NCBI GenBank assembly: GCA_963842525.1
Contig: CAWJGT010000003.1
Span: 1,600,001-1,664,000, forward strand
Origin: an uncultured Holophagales bacterium
GTDB lineage: Bacteria > Acidobacteriota > Thermoanaerobaculia > Multivoradales > UBA5704
DNA: 64,000 nucleotides
Direction of reading: 5' to 3'
The notes under the pieces were generated by a model. It was given only the letters and a program-made list of their open reading frames with translations, was not told the origin of the DNA and searched no databases. The first letter of the stretch is position 1; each line of letters starts with the position of its first letter. Made by a program: the position numbers and the translations under genes. Below are positions 9,325-19,374 of this stretch, one piece after another.

Positions 9325-11974
9325 TCAGCCCCTCTTCTCCAACCAATCCGCAAGCTCGGCTTCGATCTCGAGGGCTCGGCTCTCGTTGCCCACCGCGCGC
9401 GAGAAGGCGGCCGCGCGCTGCGCAATCAGCCGGAAATGAGCGCAGACCCCCGTCAGCTCCCGGCGTTGTTGCTTTGCGAGCTCGTAGCTTTCCTCCGCGA
9501 CCTGGGCGGCCTCGCGGTTGCGTCCGGTGCGACCGAGAAGCGCGGCCTTGAGCGCAAGGAGCATCGGAGCGGACTCGAGAGCTCAAGGTGAGCGATTGAT
9601 GGACCTGTGACATGAGAGAGCGGGGATCGCTGCCGCCCGCGAACTGAATCTCCAGATCCCAGTAGCGCTGTAAGTCCATCAGTGACTCCGGGTTGCGGTT
9701 CGACGGAGTCGGCGACTCACCCTTCCGCCAGAGCAGGAAGCGTCGTAAGAGATCGGCTTGATCCTCTTCACCATAGGCGGCGACGAAGTCTTCGATCGCC
9801 CCTTGGGCGGTCCCGTAACGCCCCAGCTCAGCCAGTGCCAGCACGGCTCCCTCGAGTATTTCCCACTTGTTCCGCCCGGCATTTGCAGATCCGCCAGGGC
9901 CGAAGCCGCGTAGGTACCACTCAACAGCCTGATCGAGATGCCCGGCCAGGTGAAAGGACTTCCCCGCTTCGAACGCCGCGTCCGTCGCCGTTTCCGAGGT
10001 GCGCATCAGCGCCTGGTAGGCGCCCTCGGCCTGCTCGTACCGTCCGGCTGCAACCAGAGAACGTGCGCGTACCCGCGCCACCCAATCGGCGAGAAACAGA
10101 TCCCCCGCTCTGGCCGCATTCGTTCCGGCGGCTTCGACCTCGCGCAACGCTGCGTCGAAGAATCCGACGTTTAGAAGCCGGTCTGTCTCTCGCAGATTCT
10201 CATAGGCTCGATTGCGCGCAACGAGGCGGGTTGGAGACGCAGTGAGGTGAGGAGGGAAACAGTAGAATCCAATCGAGAGGCTCTTGCTTCTATATCGCAA
10301 GAGAACCGTCTTGCGACCAGCATTGAAAGTCGCCGCGTCGTCTGTCAGCCGGTCGTCCCGGGGGCCCAGGCAGTACCAGAGCAGCGCGGCGGGATGAGCG
10401 CCGGGATAGTTGGCGTCGGGTGAGCCCGCGGCCGGTCCGGCCCAGGGTAATGGGGCATTGACTTCCGGCGAGAGGCGCACCGCCGAGATTCCCGTGTACC
10501 AGCCCATGCGGTTGTTGATCCCGGCGAGGAGCAGATCGGCCTTCCCGTCCCCGTCGAGGTCTTGCGCGCCCTTGAAGTAGTGGTGTCCCGAAGCGATGAA
10601 GACGAGCCGCGCCCGATCGATGCGCGGTTCGTAGAGCACCGTATAACTTGGCCACCAGGGGGAGTGGGTATAGGTCGCGAGGATCTCCTGTCCGCCGTCT
10701 CCGTCGAGATCGAGGGCATCCAGGCGAGGATGGAAGGTATCTGAAAAACCGCCGAACCGCTGCGCTCCAGAAGGTAGCTCGACCTTCTTGATCACGCTTC
10801 CTGTGTCCGCATCGAGAATCGACAGCACCGTCGCCGTCTCCCGTCGCCGGTAGGCACCGAGGACGGCGACAACGCGGCGCGGCTCACTCGGCGCGAGTTG
10901 GGCGGCGATCGAGTTACTCGCATGAACCTGGCTGGCCGTCCACAGCGGGCGGCCGTTTTTGGACATGGCGGTGGCTCCCTCCTCCGAATAGCTCAGATAA
11001 GAGAAACTCGTAGACTTGAGCCAGACCACAGCGGCGACGCATGCAGCGAGCAGAAACAACGCGGCGATCGCCGCCCTCGTGAGCCAGGATCGGGGGATCG
11101 CCTTGGATTCCAAAGCCGCCCGCACTGCCTCCGCGGAGGGGTAGCGGTCCTCCGGCCGGCGGGCGAGCAGCCGCTGGACGACCGCACCGAGCCAGCGTGG
11201 CACCTCGGGACGGACCGCGCAGACGTTGGCGATCTCCCGCAGGTGGCCGAGCATCGCGCCCAGGGCGGAGCGCCCTTCGTACGGGCGCCGTCCGGTCAAC
11301 ATCTCGAACAGGACGACACCCAGGCTGTAGAGATCGCTTCGTGCGTCCACCTCGTGGCCCAGGACCTGCTCGGGCGAGAGGTACTGAAGCGTGCCGACAA
11401 CTGCATCATGGAGGGTGGCGCGCGTCTCGTCCGCCGTCAGCGGCAAGGCGAGCCCAAAGTCGCCGAGCTTCACATCTCCTTCGGGCGTCAGGAAGACGTT
11501 CCCGGGCTTGACGTCGCGGTGGACGATCGCACGTTGGTGGAGGACGGCGAGGCCTTCGAGGATCTGCGAAGCGATCCGGACCGCCTCGCCGACCGGGAGC
11601 GGGCCTTCGCCGAGGCGGCGGTCGAGCGACCCTCCTTCGACCACCTCCATGGTGAGGAATACCGCGTTGTCCGAGGTGGTGATGTCGAAGATCCGCACCA
11701 ACCGATCGCTCGCCACGTCGCGGGCGACTTTGATCTCCCGGCGCAGGCGGAGCAAAGAGGCGGAAGAGAAGCGGTCCGCGCGCAGGGTCTTGAGCGCCAC
11801 GTCGCGCTTGAGCTCGCGGTCGCGGGCGCGATAGACGACGGCCAAGCCGCCACGGCCGAGGACTTCCCGGATTTCATAGCGGCCGGCCAGGACTTCGCCG
11901 GGAGCGATCTCGGGCGTTCCTGGGTCCGCCTCGCCAGGTTCGACGGTCTCGGTGGGTTGTGGCTCCCTCGGCAT
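9325..11974 (-). CDS. Membrane Ser/Thr protein kinase with FG-GAP-like and TPR-like regions (one frameshift ~9565)
   Basis: LGRGGLAVVY, VALK, HRDVKPGN, DFG, GTLQYLSPE, TM segment; C-terminus continues in the 9325-9564 frame. Confidence 0.85.
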
Positions 11975-12177
11975 GGATGGAAGACCGTCAGCAGGTTTCG
12001 CCCCTCGCCCGGAGGTGAGGCCCCCCGGCCCCTGACCCCAGCCAACCCTCCCAGGATCAGCCGCAAGATTTCCTGCATGGCGTTCGGCGAGGCAATGCTG
12101 CCGTCCCAATGCAGAACATGATACTCCGCAAGCATCTCGGGAATGGACCTCGGACTTGGCGCCTTAAGGCGAGCTCT

Positions 12178-12850
12178 GTCGCATGTCCCCCAAGCGCGTC
12201 GCAAACGACCCCTAAGGAGTCGCAAACGGGCCAAGAGGCGTCGCACGCAACGCTGGAGAGTCGCAAACGGCCCGAATCACGTCCCAAAGACCGATTCAAG
12301 GAAACCTCAGCGTCGCAAAAGCGGGGTCAGCAAGGCTCGCAGGTCTGGTGCAACGCATCCAGCGCGACTCTTCGAGGTATCCATCCTCTCCTCGGCGTTG
12401 CAAAAGCCTCGGTCGAGGGATCGGCAAAGTTGCGAAAGCGGTCCTGTGCGACGCGAGAAGTGTCGATTGCGACTCTGGACGTCTGAGTGCGCTGCCAGAA
12501 TCTTTGTTTGCGACTCTGTGCGCCAAAATTGCGACTCCAAATCGACCCCTTGCGACCCATCAAGCATCGATCGGTGCAATCAACTTATCTCTTTGCGGCG
12601 CGTACGCCTGGGAAAAAGGTGGTGATGGCTCTTTTGCAACGCCTTATCGGTCCTTGCAGCGCCGTATGAGCTTGACGGAGCGGCAGAAAACCTTCGGCGT
12701 CGCAAAGAAGCGATCTTGTGCGACAAGATAAGGATAGTTTGCGACGCTGAATCGATGTCGAGTCGCACTGAATCGATTCAGCGCGACTCTGGATCGATTC
12801 CCTGCGACGGCGAATCGTTGGCGTGTCGCAAAAGGTCCCCCGTTTGCGAC
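12178..12850. repeat. Phased array of GTCGCA/TGCGAC hexamers, ~21 bp period, mixed orientation
   Basis: 18 perfect copies counted by eye (9 per orientation) plus one-mismatch variants; spacers unrelated. Confidence 0.8.
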
Positions 12851-12860
12851 ACCATAGGCA

Positions 12861-13636
12861 TCAGGAGGGGGCGAGGCAGGCTGGCAGCTCCGCCACCGAA
12901 TCCAGCACCACATCCGCCGCCTCCTGCGCCCGCTCCTCATCCTGCGGCCGGTACTTGCCGGTCCTCACCGCCACCCCCATCATCCCGACCTCCCGGGCTC
13001 CCGCGACATCCGACTCCAGGTCGTCCCCGACCACCGCGATCCGGTCGAAGGGGAGGCCGAGCTCGCCGCGGCGGCCTCGAAGAAAGCGCTGCTCGGCTTG
13101 CCGACCAGGGTGGCCGTCTTGCCGCTGCCATACTCCAGGGCGGCGACGAACGGACCGGCGTCCAGGTTCAAACCTCCTTCGGTCTTCCAGTAGCGGTTGC
13201 GCTGGATCGCCAACAGCTCGGCGCCATCCATCAGATTCCGGAAGGCCTGGTTGAGGAGCGGAAACGTCCACTCCTCGCCGAGGTCCCCGACCACGACGAC
13301 CTCAGGACCGTGATTCACGACCTCGAGGCCCTCGAATTCCCCCCACGTCGCCTGAGCCAGGAGGAGCTGGACCTTGCGGACACCCCGGTCACGAAGCCAG
13401 CGGGCAGCCGCGGCGGGAGCGGACAGGATCTCGCCCGGCTCGGCCGCGATGCCCATGTCGCGCAACCGCTCGGCGAGACCGGTCCGGGGACGCCGCGTGG
13501 TGTTGGTGGTGAAGCGGAAGGGGATGCCCCGCCGCCGTAGCTCCGCGAGAGCCGTGGCGGCTCCGGGAATGGCGCGGTCTTCCTGATAGACCGTGCCGTC
13601 GAGGTCGAGGAGAAGGCCCGCGATCACTTGACGCAA
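12861..13636 (-). CDS. HAD-IIA hydrolase (LHPP/HDHD2-like), frameshift ~13068
   Basis: LDLDGTV, TNTT, GKPS, VGDDLESDV, VRTGKY motifs split over two frames. Confidence 0.85.
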
Positions 13637-13669
13637 ATCGTCACTTCAATGCCACGGAGGCTCCGGTGA

Positions 13670-13990
13670 TCACTTGGGAGGGAACAGATCCGCGACGGCA
13701 ATCGAAGCGTCGGGACAGAACAGCGGCGACACCGAATCCCCCGCTTTCAGAACCTTCTTGGAGGTATAGGCTCCCCCGACAGGCTTCCTGTAGACCTCGA
13801 GCTGGATTTTCACGAGGTTGGCGATCCAGCACTCCGGAATGCCAGCATGGGCATAGAGGTGCCTTTTGCGTTGGCGGTCGTGGTAGAGAGAGCTGTCCGC
13901 AACCTCTACGATCAGCAGGGCAGAGGAAGGATGATGGTCGAGATAGTCCCAGCCGCTTCCGGCCACGACGGCCACGTCCGGCTCGGGCTC
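13670..13990 (-). pseudogene. 3' half of a Uma2 (DUF820) gene, near-identical to 16226-16546
   Basis: EPEPDVAVVAGSGWDYLDHHPSSALLIVEVADSSL... matches the downstream-coordinate paralog; no N-terminal half. Confidence 0.85.
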
Positions 13991-14129
13991 TGCCGAGATC
14001 GAGAATCGGATCAACTGCCGGGCTCAACAAGATCAAAATCTGGTCGCCTTCCTTACGGATCTCTTCCTTGTGCCCTTCGAGCAGATCGAGAGGGATCACC
14101 AGACTGTCGTCGGTTACTTTGGCTCTCAT
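13991..14129 (-). pseudogene. Truncated AbrB-like antitoxin fragment
   Basis: MRAKVTDDSLVIPLDLLEG..EIRKEGDQILIL pattern; ATG overlaps the Uma2 stop; cut by the Uma2 fragment. Confidence 0.45.
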
Positions 14130-14731
14130 AGTTGGACTTGGCGAGGGAGCAGATCCTCGACCGCAATCGAGGCGTCGGGCCGGGCAAACGGTGAGATCCG
14201 CTGGCCGCGGCGGAAGACGAGCTTCGTGCGGTATTCGCCGCCCTTGGGATCCCGGAGAACCTCGACGGCATCGCGGCGCAGGTTGAGGATCCAGTACTCC
14301 GGGATGCCCGCCAGCGCATAGATCCTTGGTTTGCGCTTCCGATCGTGGTGTTGGGAGGTGTCCGTGACTTCTACCACCAGAAGTGCTGCGGAGGGGTGAT
14401 GGTCCACGTAATCGTCCGGCTCTCCTGGAACCACGGCGAGGTCCGGCTCTGGCATGGAATCGTCCCCGGAGATCAGCGGTGACTGCGAGTGGATGTCGTA
14501 TCCGGATCCGAAGGCTGCTTCGAGCGCACGGCGGGCCTTGCGGACACCTACCGCGTGCCGGCTCTTCTGCGGGCTCATGTCGTAGATGACCCCGTCCACC
14601 AGCTCGAGCCGCTTTTCCGGGGCGAACACCCCCGCCTCGGCCATCTGCTCATACTCCTCCCGCGTCCAGCGATGGACCTCGACCTCCTCCTCGTCCGTCC
14701 AGTCCTGAACCTTGACCTCAGGAAGCGCCAT
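14126..14731 (-). CDS. Uma2 family (DUF820) PD-(D/E)XK endonuclease
   Basis: RWTREEY, ELVDGVI, PEPDLAVV, LVVEVTDTS, YALAGIPEYWI. Confidence 0.9.
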   Translation of the reverse strand: MALPEVKVQDWTDEEEVEVHRWTREEYEQMAEAGVFAPEKRLELVDGVIYDMSPQKSRHAVGVRKARRALEAAFGSGYDIHSQSPLISGDDSMPEPDLAVVPGEPDDYVDHHPSAALLVVEVTDTSQHHDRKRKPRIYALAGIPEYWILNLRRDAVEVLRDPKGGEYRTKLVFRRGQRISPFARPDASIAVEDLLPRQVQL

Positions 14732-14845
14732 GGCGATACTCCTCGTTGCGGAAGGCTATCACAGTTCTCTCCGCACAAGACTAGCAAATCCACTGCGCAG
14801 GGCCACGTGGATGCCAGCCCCAGTGCCTGCAAGCCTAGCACTGTG
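14553..14845. repeat. Direct repeat of 16644-16936 (5' part of Uma2 gene plus 3' end of upstream membrane kinase gene)
   Basis: Near-identical DNA at an offset of ~2091 bp. Confidence 0.9.
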
Positions 14846-15051
14846 CGCCGTTCGAGGAGGCTCCTCGGTCCCAGGCCAAGGGCCTGAGCGCCAAGCCTGG
14901 GGATGCTCTCTCCAATCGCAACGGCGTCGGAGCGGCGTGACGATCCGGAATGACCTTACGACCCAACGGCCCTGCAGCAGTGGAGGCATTCTGGAAGAAT
15001 GCTATCGGCGTCGAACGGGCCAGCAGCACAGAATGGTGATGCCCCTTAGCC

Positions 15052-15840
15052 TTAGCGGCGGCTCCAGCCGTCGGGTGCCAAGTTCGACCGCCTTGACACT
15101 GGATAGAAAGTTTCCACTTGGTGTACTTCGAGCGAATCCCTCAGCGCCTCCTCCCTATCGTTTCCTTCAGCACGGCTCAACATACTGACCACAACCCAAA
15201 AGGGGTGTCTGTGATCTTCCAGATCGATCCTGCGGCCTTGGAGTCTCTGGCGAATCTCACTTACCACCTGAGGATCAGTAAACGCCACGGACGCAGCTTC
15301 CGTGCCAAGCGACGACCGTCCGGCAATGACTGCCATTATTTTACTTTCGTCAAATGGATTAGGTCCCCTAACAATGAGTCCGAAGTCTCTGGAATATCGA
15401 TCCCCCTTGGAGGCCACATCCCAACCCGGAGGCCGAAGCTCAGACCCATCGCTGAAAATCGACACCTTGACGTTTCTGAGATCCTTGCTGGACGGATCCG
15501 CCCGAAATTCGAGACTTGGTACCCACCGCTGTTGGTACTCTTCCAGCAGTGTTCTCGTCCAGCGATTAGCCTTTGGACTCGCTATACAGTATAGGTTCAT
15601 GCTTTCTCTGAGAACATCATCCTGGCAATCCTCTGGGTCTATATTATCTGGTAACGTGTCGAATCCAAAGAGAAGTCCGAATGCCTGCAGAATACCTCGA
15701 ACACCTACGTAATCAGAGGAGGTGCGCCGGAGTCGCTTGTATCCGCCAGAACGCCCCACGGCACGGCGGAAAGACAAGGGGCTAGCCGCAATCACGAAGA
15801 CCGACTCCCTCGTGGGGCGCCCAAGACTGCTCGGAGTCAA
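15052..15840 (-). CDS. Lower-GC hypothetical protein (start uncertain)
   Basis: 262-codon ORF with atypical codon usage; contains DFGLIVRGPNPF..K...IAGRSSLGTEAA. Confidence 0.55.
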   Translation of the reverse strand: MTPSSLGRPTRESVFVIAASPLSFRRAVGRSGGYKRLRRTSSDYVGVRGILQAFGLLFGFDTLPDNIDPEDCQDDVLRESMNLYCIASPKANRWTRTLLEEYQQRWVPSLEFRADPSSKDLRNVKVSIFSDGSELRPPGWDVASKGDRYSRDFGLIVRGPNPFDESKIMAVIAGRSSLGTEAASVAFTDPQVVSEIRQRLQGRRIDLEDHRHPFWVVVSMLSRAEGNDREEALRDSLEVHQVETFYPVSRRSNLAPDGWSRR

Positions 15841-16017
15841 AGGCGGCCGAGTGGGCCGTGTAAGCCCCCTCTTGGCGGCTTATCTGTCTGAGGCCGGCCG
15901 GACGTAGAAGCCGTTCCGCAAGGGAGGTGTCCGACTGCTTCTCCGCGGCTCTGGAGCGCCGCATAAGCTTCGTAGAACACGGGGGCTCGAAAGTCTTTCT
16001 GCCGGAGGCGCCGGGAA

Positions 16018-16065
16018 TCACCTCCTGTCCTCCTCTCCCTGCCCTCCCGACCGTGAGAGGGGGAC
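16018..16065. repeat. Degenerate copy of the CCTCACCCC REP-like element
   Basis: TCACCTCCTGTCCTCCTCTCCC...CCGTGAGAGGGGGAC resembles 21775-21828. Confidence 0.6.
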
Positions 16066-16225
16066 GCAGGCGCAACCTCTCAGGCCAGAGGTTTTCCTTG
16101 GGCGTAGTGGGGCCCCCCCTGGGACCGCGGGCGTCCCGCCCGCACGGACTTTCATCGACCGCAGGGAGAAACGGTTCGTCCAGGGACTTTCGAGACTCCC
16201 AGACGGTAAAAATTCCCCCAACCGA

Positions 16226-16822
16226 TCATTTGCGAGGGAGCAGGTCCGCGACGGCAATCGAAGCGTCGGGACAGAACAGCGGCGACACCGAATCTCCCGC
16301 TTTCAGAACCTTCTTGGAGGTATAGGCTCCCCCGACAGGCTTCCTGTAGACCTCGAGCTGGATTTTCACGAGGTTGGCGATCCAGCACTCCGGAATGCCA
16401 GCATGGGCATAGAGGTGCCTTTTGCGTTGGCGGTCGTGGTAGAGAGAGCTGTCCGCAACCTCTACGATCAGCAGGGCAGAGGAAGGATGATGGTCGAGAT
16501 AGTCCCAGCCGCTTCCGGCCACGACGGCCACGTCCGGCTCGGGCTCGCTATCCTCGGACAAGACGAGAGGAACCTGGACGCGTAGGAAGGAACGCGCCGG
16601 CAGGATGGCCCGGAGGGCCTCCGAATGGGCCCAGACGACGGTGGCGTGCCGGCTCTTCTGCGGGCTCATGTCGAAGATGACCCCGTCCACCAGCTCGACC
16701 CGCTTTTCCGGGGCGAACACCCCCGCCTCCGCCATCTGCTCATATTCCTCCCGCGTCCAGCGATGGACCTCGACCTCCTCCTCGTCTGTCCAGTCCTGAA
16801 CCTTGACCTCAGGAAGCGCCAT
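16226..16822 (-). CDS. Uma2 family (DUF820) endonuclease
   Basis: Same motifs as the 14126 gene; first ~59 aa nearly identical to it. Confidence 0.9.
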   Translation of the reverse strand: MALPEVKVQDWTDEEEVEVHRWTREEYEQMAEAGVFAPEKRVELVDGVIFDMSPQKSRHATVVWAHSEALRAILPARSFLRVQVPLVLSEDSEPEPDVAVVAGSGWDYLDHHPSSALLIVEVADSSLYHDRQRKRHLYAHAGIPECWIANLVKIQLEVYRKPVGGAYTSKKVLKAGDSVSPLFCPDASIAVADLLPRK

Positions 16823-18248
16823 GGCGATACTCCTCGTTGCGGAAGGCTACCGCACAGTTCTCTTCGCAGGACACTACCATCCCCACTGCGGATCCCACGC
16901 GGGGGCCAGCCCCAACACCTGCAAGCCTAGCACCGCGCCGCCTGCGACGAGGCTCAGCAGGAACCGCCAGGCGGTCCAATCGCGGGGCCGATCGGATCGG
17001 ATCGCGCAGCTCGATCGCGACGTTGACCAGCGAGAGGATCATGACGACTCCGCCGACCGCGAGGAGGCCGGTGATGGGGACGTGGCGGAGGAGGAGCCAG
17101 GGGACGAGGGCGGTCAGGGCCGTGCCGAGGATGCCCACTCCGAAGGCGGCAAAGGCGCGGGGGAGGGCGGGCAGCCGCTCCAGCCGGAAGACTCCGGTGT
17201 CCAGCGCGAAGGCGAAGACCGCGGCGCTGGCGGCGAGGTAGGGGCCGTAGAAGTCGGCCGGACGGTGCAACCCGTTGGCCAGCGCGAGCATGGCAAAGGG
17301 TGGCAGCAGCGCGCGGCTCACCGTCCGCACCTTGACTCCCGCGGCATGGCGGGGCGGAGCGAAGCGGCGCCAGGCGGCGAGGTACCCCGCGAAGCCGAGG
17401 AATGCCGGCAGCGCCCAGAGCCAGCTCCCCAGCGACCAGGCGCCGTAGGCGAAGAGGATGAAGGTGATCGTGCCGCCCACGTTGAGAGTCGGGATACGCC
17501 AGGCCACGAGGGTCACGGCGAGGCAGATCGCCAGGAGGGAGAGGTTCTGGAAGACCACCTCGGAGAGCGGCTTCGAGGTGATCTTGCCGAGGATCACCAC
17601 CACGGCCAGCGGCACGAACAGGTTGTCCGCCCCTTCGAGCGAGATCGCTTCGAACCCGGTCACCAGCGCCGCCACGAGCGTCGCCGCCAGGACACAGACC
17701 GGGCGCGGCAGGTCGGTCAGCAGCAGCACCGGCAGGTGGATCGCCAGGAAGGCCAGGACGAAGAAGACCAGCGATCCCTCCAGGCTTTTGGTCTCGTTCT
17801 CCACTTCATACCGGATCACTCCGTAGCGGCTGCCGATGAGCGCCGCAAAGGCATCGGCGACCGCCAGGACCAGGACCGCGGCAAGGTACAGCCACGGCCT
17901 TCCCAGGGTGAGGACGAAGACCAGGAAGACCGCCAGCGGGTAGTACTCGGCCCCTCGGCTCCGTCTCTGCACCCCGTGCAGGCTCTTCAGGAACCCGAGC
18001 TTCGCGCCGGCCACGAAAATGCCTGTGAGGGGCAGGGCCAGCGCCGCCACCACCCAGGGGGAGCGGACGAGGAACGGGAAGAACAGGCAGGCGATCCCGC
18101 CTCCGAGATGGACCAGCTTCCGAGTGTGCTCCGGCTTCGGATCACCGAAACGCCGCCACAGCTCGGCGATCACCAGGAGGGAGAGGAAGGCCGTCCCAAG
18201 GATTGCCGCCCCGCGAAGGTCTCCCGGGTAGATCCAGCCGCCGCTCAC
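16809..18248 (-). CDS. Dolichol/phytol kinase - phosphatidate cytidylyltransferase-like integral membrane protein
   Basis: TRKLVHLGGG, ADAFAALIGSRYG, KSLEGS, GADNLFVP motifs; many TM helices. Confidence 0.75.
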   Translation of the reverse strand: MSGGWIYPGDLRGAAILGTAFLSLLVIAELWRRFGDPKPEHTRKLVHLGGGIACLFFPFLVRSPWVVAALALPLTGIFVAGAKLGFLKSLHGVQRRSRGAEYYPLAVFLVFVLTLGRPWLYLAAVLVLAVADAFAALIGSRYGVIRYEVENETKSLEGSLVFFVLAFLAIHLPVLLLTDLPRPVCVLAATLVAALVTGFEAISLEGADNLFVPLAVVVILGKITSKPLSEVVFQNLSLLAICLAVTLVAWRIPTLNVGGTITFILFAYGAWSLGSWLWALPAFLGFAGYLAAWRRFAPPRHAAGVKVRTVSRALLPPFAMLALANGLHRPADFYGPYLAASAAVFAFALDTGVFRLERLPALPRAFAAFGVGILGTALTALVPWLLLRHVPITGLLAVGGVVMILSLVNVAIELRDPIRSAPRLDRLAVPAEPRRRRRGARLAGVGAGPRVGSAVGMVVSCEENCAVAFRNEEYRHGAS

Positions 18249-19342
18249 GCGGTGACCTCTTCGAGCATGAAGGCGCTATAGAAGAAGGCCAGGTCCCGGG
18301 CGAAGAGCTCGGCGGCCTCGGCGTCCAGCGAGCGGACCCGGTCCGGGTGCGCCACCGCCAGCCGGCGCGGCACGAGCATGTTCCAATAGGCGAACCGGGC
18401 GCCCGGGCGCGCCGTCTCCAGCAGCCGTCCATAGATTGCGGCGCTCGTCGCCGGGTCGATGTACTCGAAGAGGTCCGACAGGTTGAAGCCGTCGAAGCCC
18501 TCGCCGCGATGGGCTAGAGCCGCCTCTTCGATCGAGCCCTCGAAGAGCACGAGCCGGTCGAGGTTCTTCTTGACGTCGGCGAAGACCTCGGCCTGGAGAT
18601 AGCGGGGGAGGGAGCGTCCGAAGTTGCCGGTGAGGATGTATTCGATGTACGGGTTGGCGTGGATCGGGAGGACGGTCAGCGCATAGCGCGCCCGCCCCAG
18701 GATGCGCTCGGCCACCGATCCCTCGACATAGCGGAAGAGCTCCGGGTCGCGGCCCAGCCGGCCCATGGCGAAGCGGCTGAAGAAGATTCGGAAGAGAAGC
18801 CGCCAGCGCAGGTTGTTCCAGGTCTCCTCGTAATAGCGGACCCGCCCCGACTCGTCGCGTTCTTCGAGCAGCCCCAGGACCGTCTTCCGCCGGTGGATCA
18901 GGGGGAGGACCCACTCGCGGAAGAGGCCGAAGTAGGCCTCGAACTTGCCATGATGGACGATGCCGTCCGCCACGTCGTCGAGGCGCTCCCGCCAGAATTC
19001 GCGGGCGCCTTCGGAGAGGTCCCGCTCCAGGGCTTCATAGACCGGCCGCCGGTCCGGGCTCTTGCGCATCCCCAGGAACGCCAGAGCCTCGCCATGGGAG
19101 AGGCGCCGGATCGCCGCGCGCTTGAGCTCGACCAGGGCGATCTGCGCCGGCGAGAGGTCCGCGGCCACGACCTCGGCCCCGTCGGCGAGCAGGGCGAAGC
19201 TGTTGTCCCCGGCCGAGGCGATGGAGAGGAAACGCCGCCCCGGGCCGGGCCGCAGAGCATCGCACAGCACGCCCGCGTCCTCCCACACGTTGGCGTAGCG
19301 GATCAGGTCGAAACGGACGCGGTCCTCGATGCGCTCGGTCAT
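18245..19342 (-). CDS. DUF3419 family (BtaA-like, SAM-dependent) protein
   Basis: IRYANVWED, LSIASAGDN, HGKFEAYF, FNLSDLFEY, AYWNMLVPR, FFYSAF. Confidence 0.85.
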   Translation of the reverse strand: MTERIEDRVRFDLIRYANVWEDAGVLCDALRPGPGRRFLSIASAGDNSFALLADGAEVVAADLSPAQIALVELKRAAIRRLSHGEALAFLGMRKSPDRRPVYEALERDLSEGAREFWRERLDDVADGIVHHGKFEAYFGLFREWVLPLIHRRKTVLGLLEERDESGRVRYYEETWNNLRWRLLFRIFFSRFAMGRLGRDPELFRYVEGSVAERILGRARYALTVLPIHANPYIEYILTGNFGRSLPRYLQAEVFADVKKNLDRLVLFEGSIEEAALAHRGEGFDGFNLSDLFEYIDPATSAAIYGRLLETARPGARFAYWNMLVPRRLAVAHPDRVRSLDAEAAELFARDLAFFYSAFMLEEVTA

Positions 19343-19374
19343 CGCCGGACGAAGGGCCTCCGCGGCAGGTTTGC

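Noticed and set aside
7838-12109. 1423-aa kinase ORF overlapping the activator gene
   Set aside because: Artefact of the ~9565 frameshift; the tail is an Arg/Pro-rich off-frame read of the activator
12178-12850. CRISPR array or integron attC array
   Set aside because: Conserved unit is only 6 bp with ~15-bp spacers and mixed orientation; no cas or intI genes in the window
12057-12940. Cluster of short overlapping ORFs on both strands
   Set aside because: No recognisable domains or RBS; they follow from the periodic motif; not called as CDS
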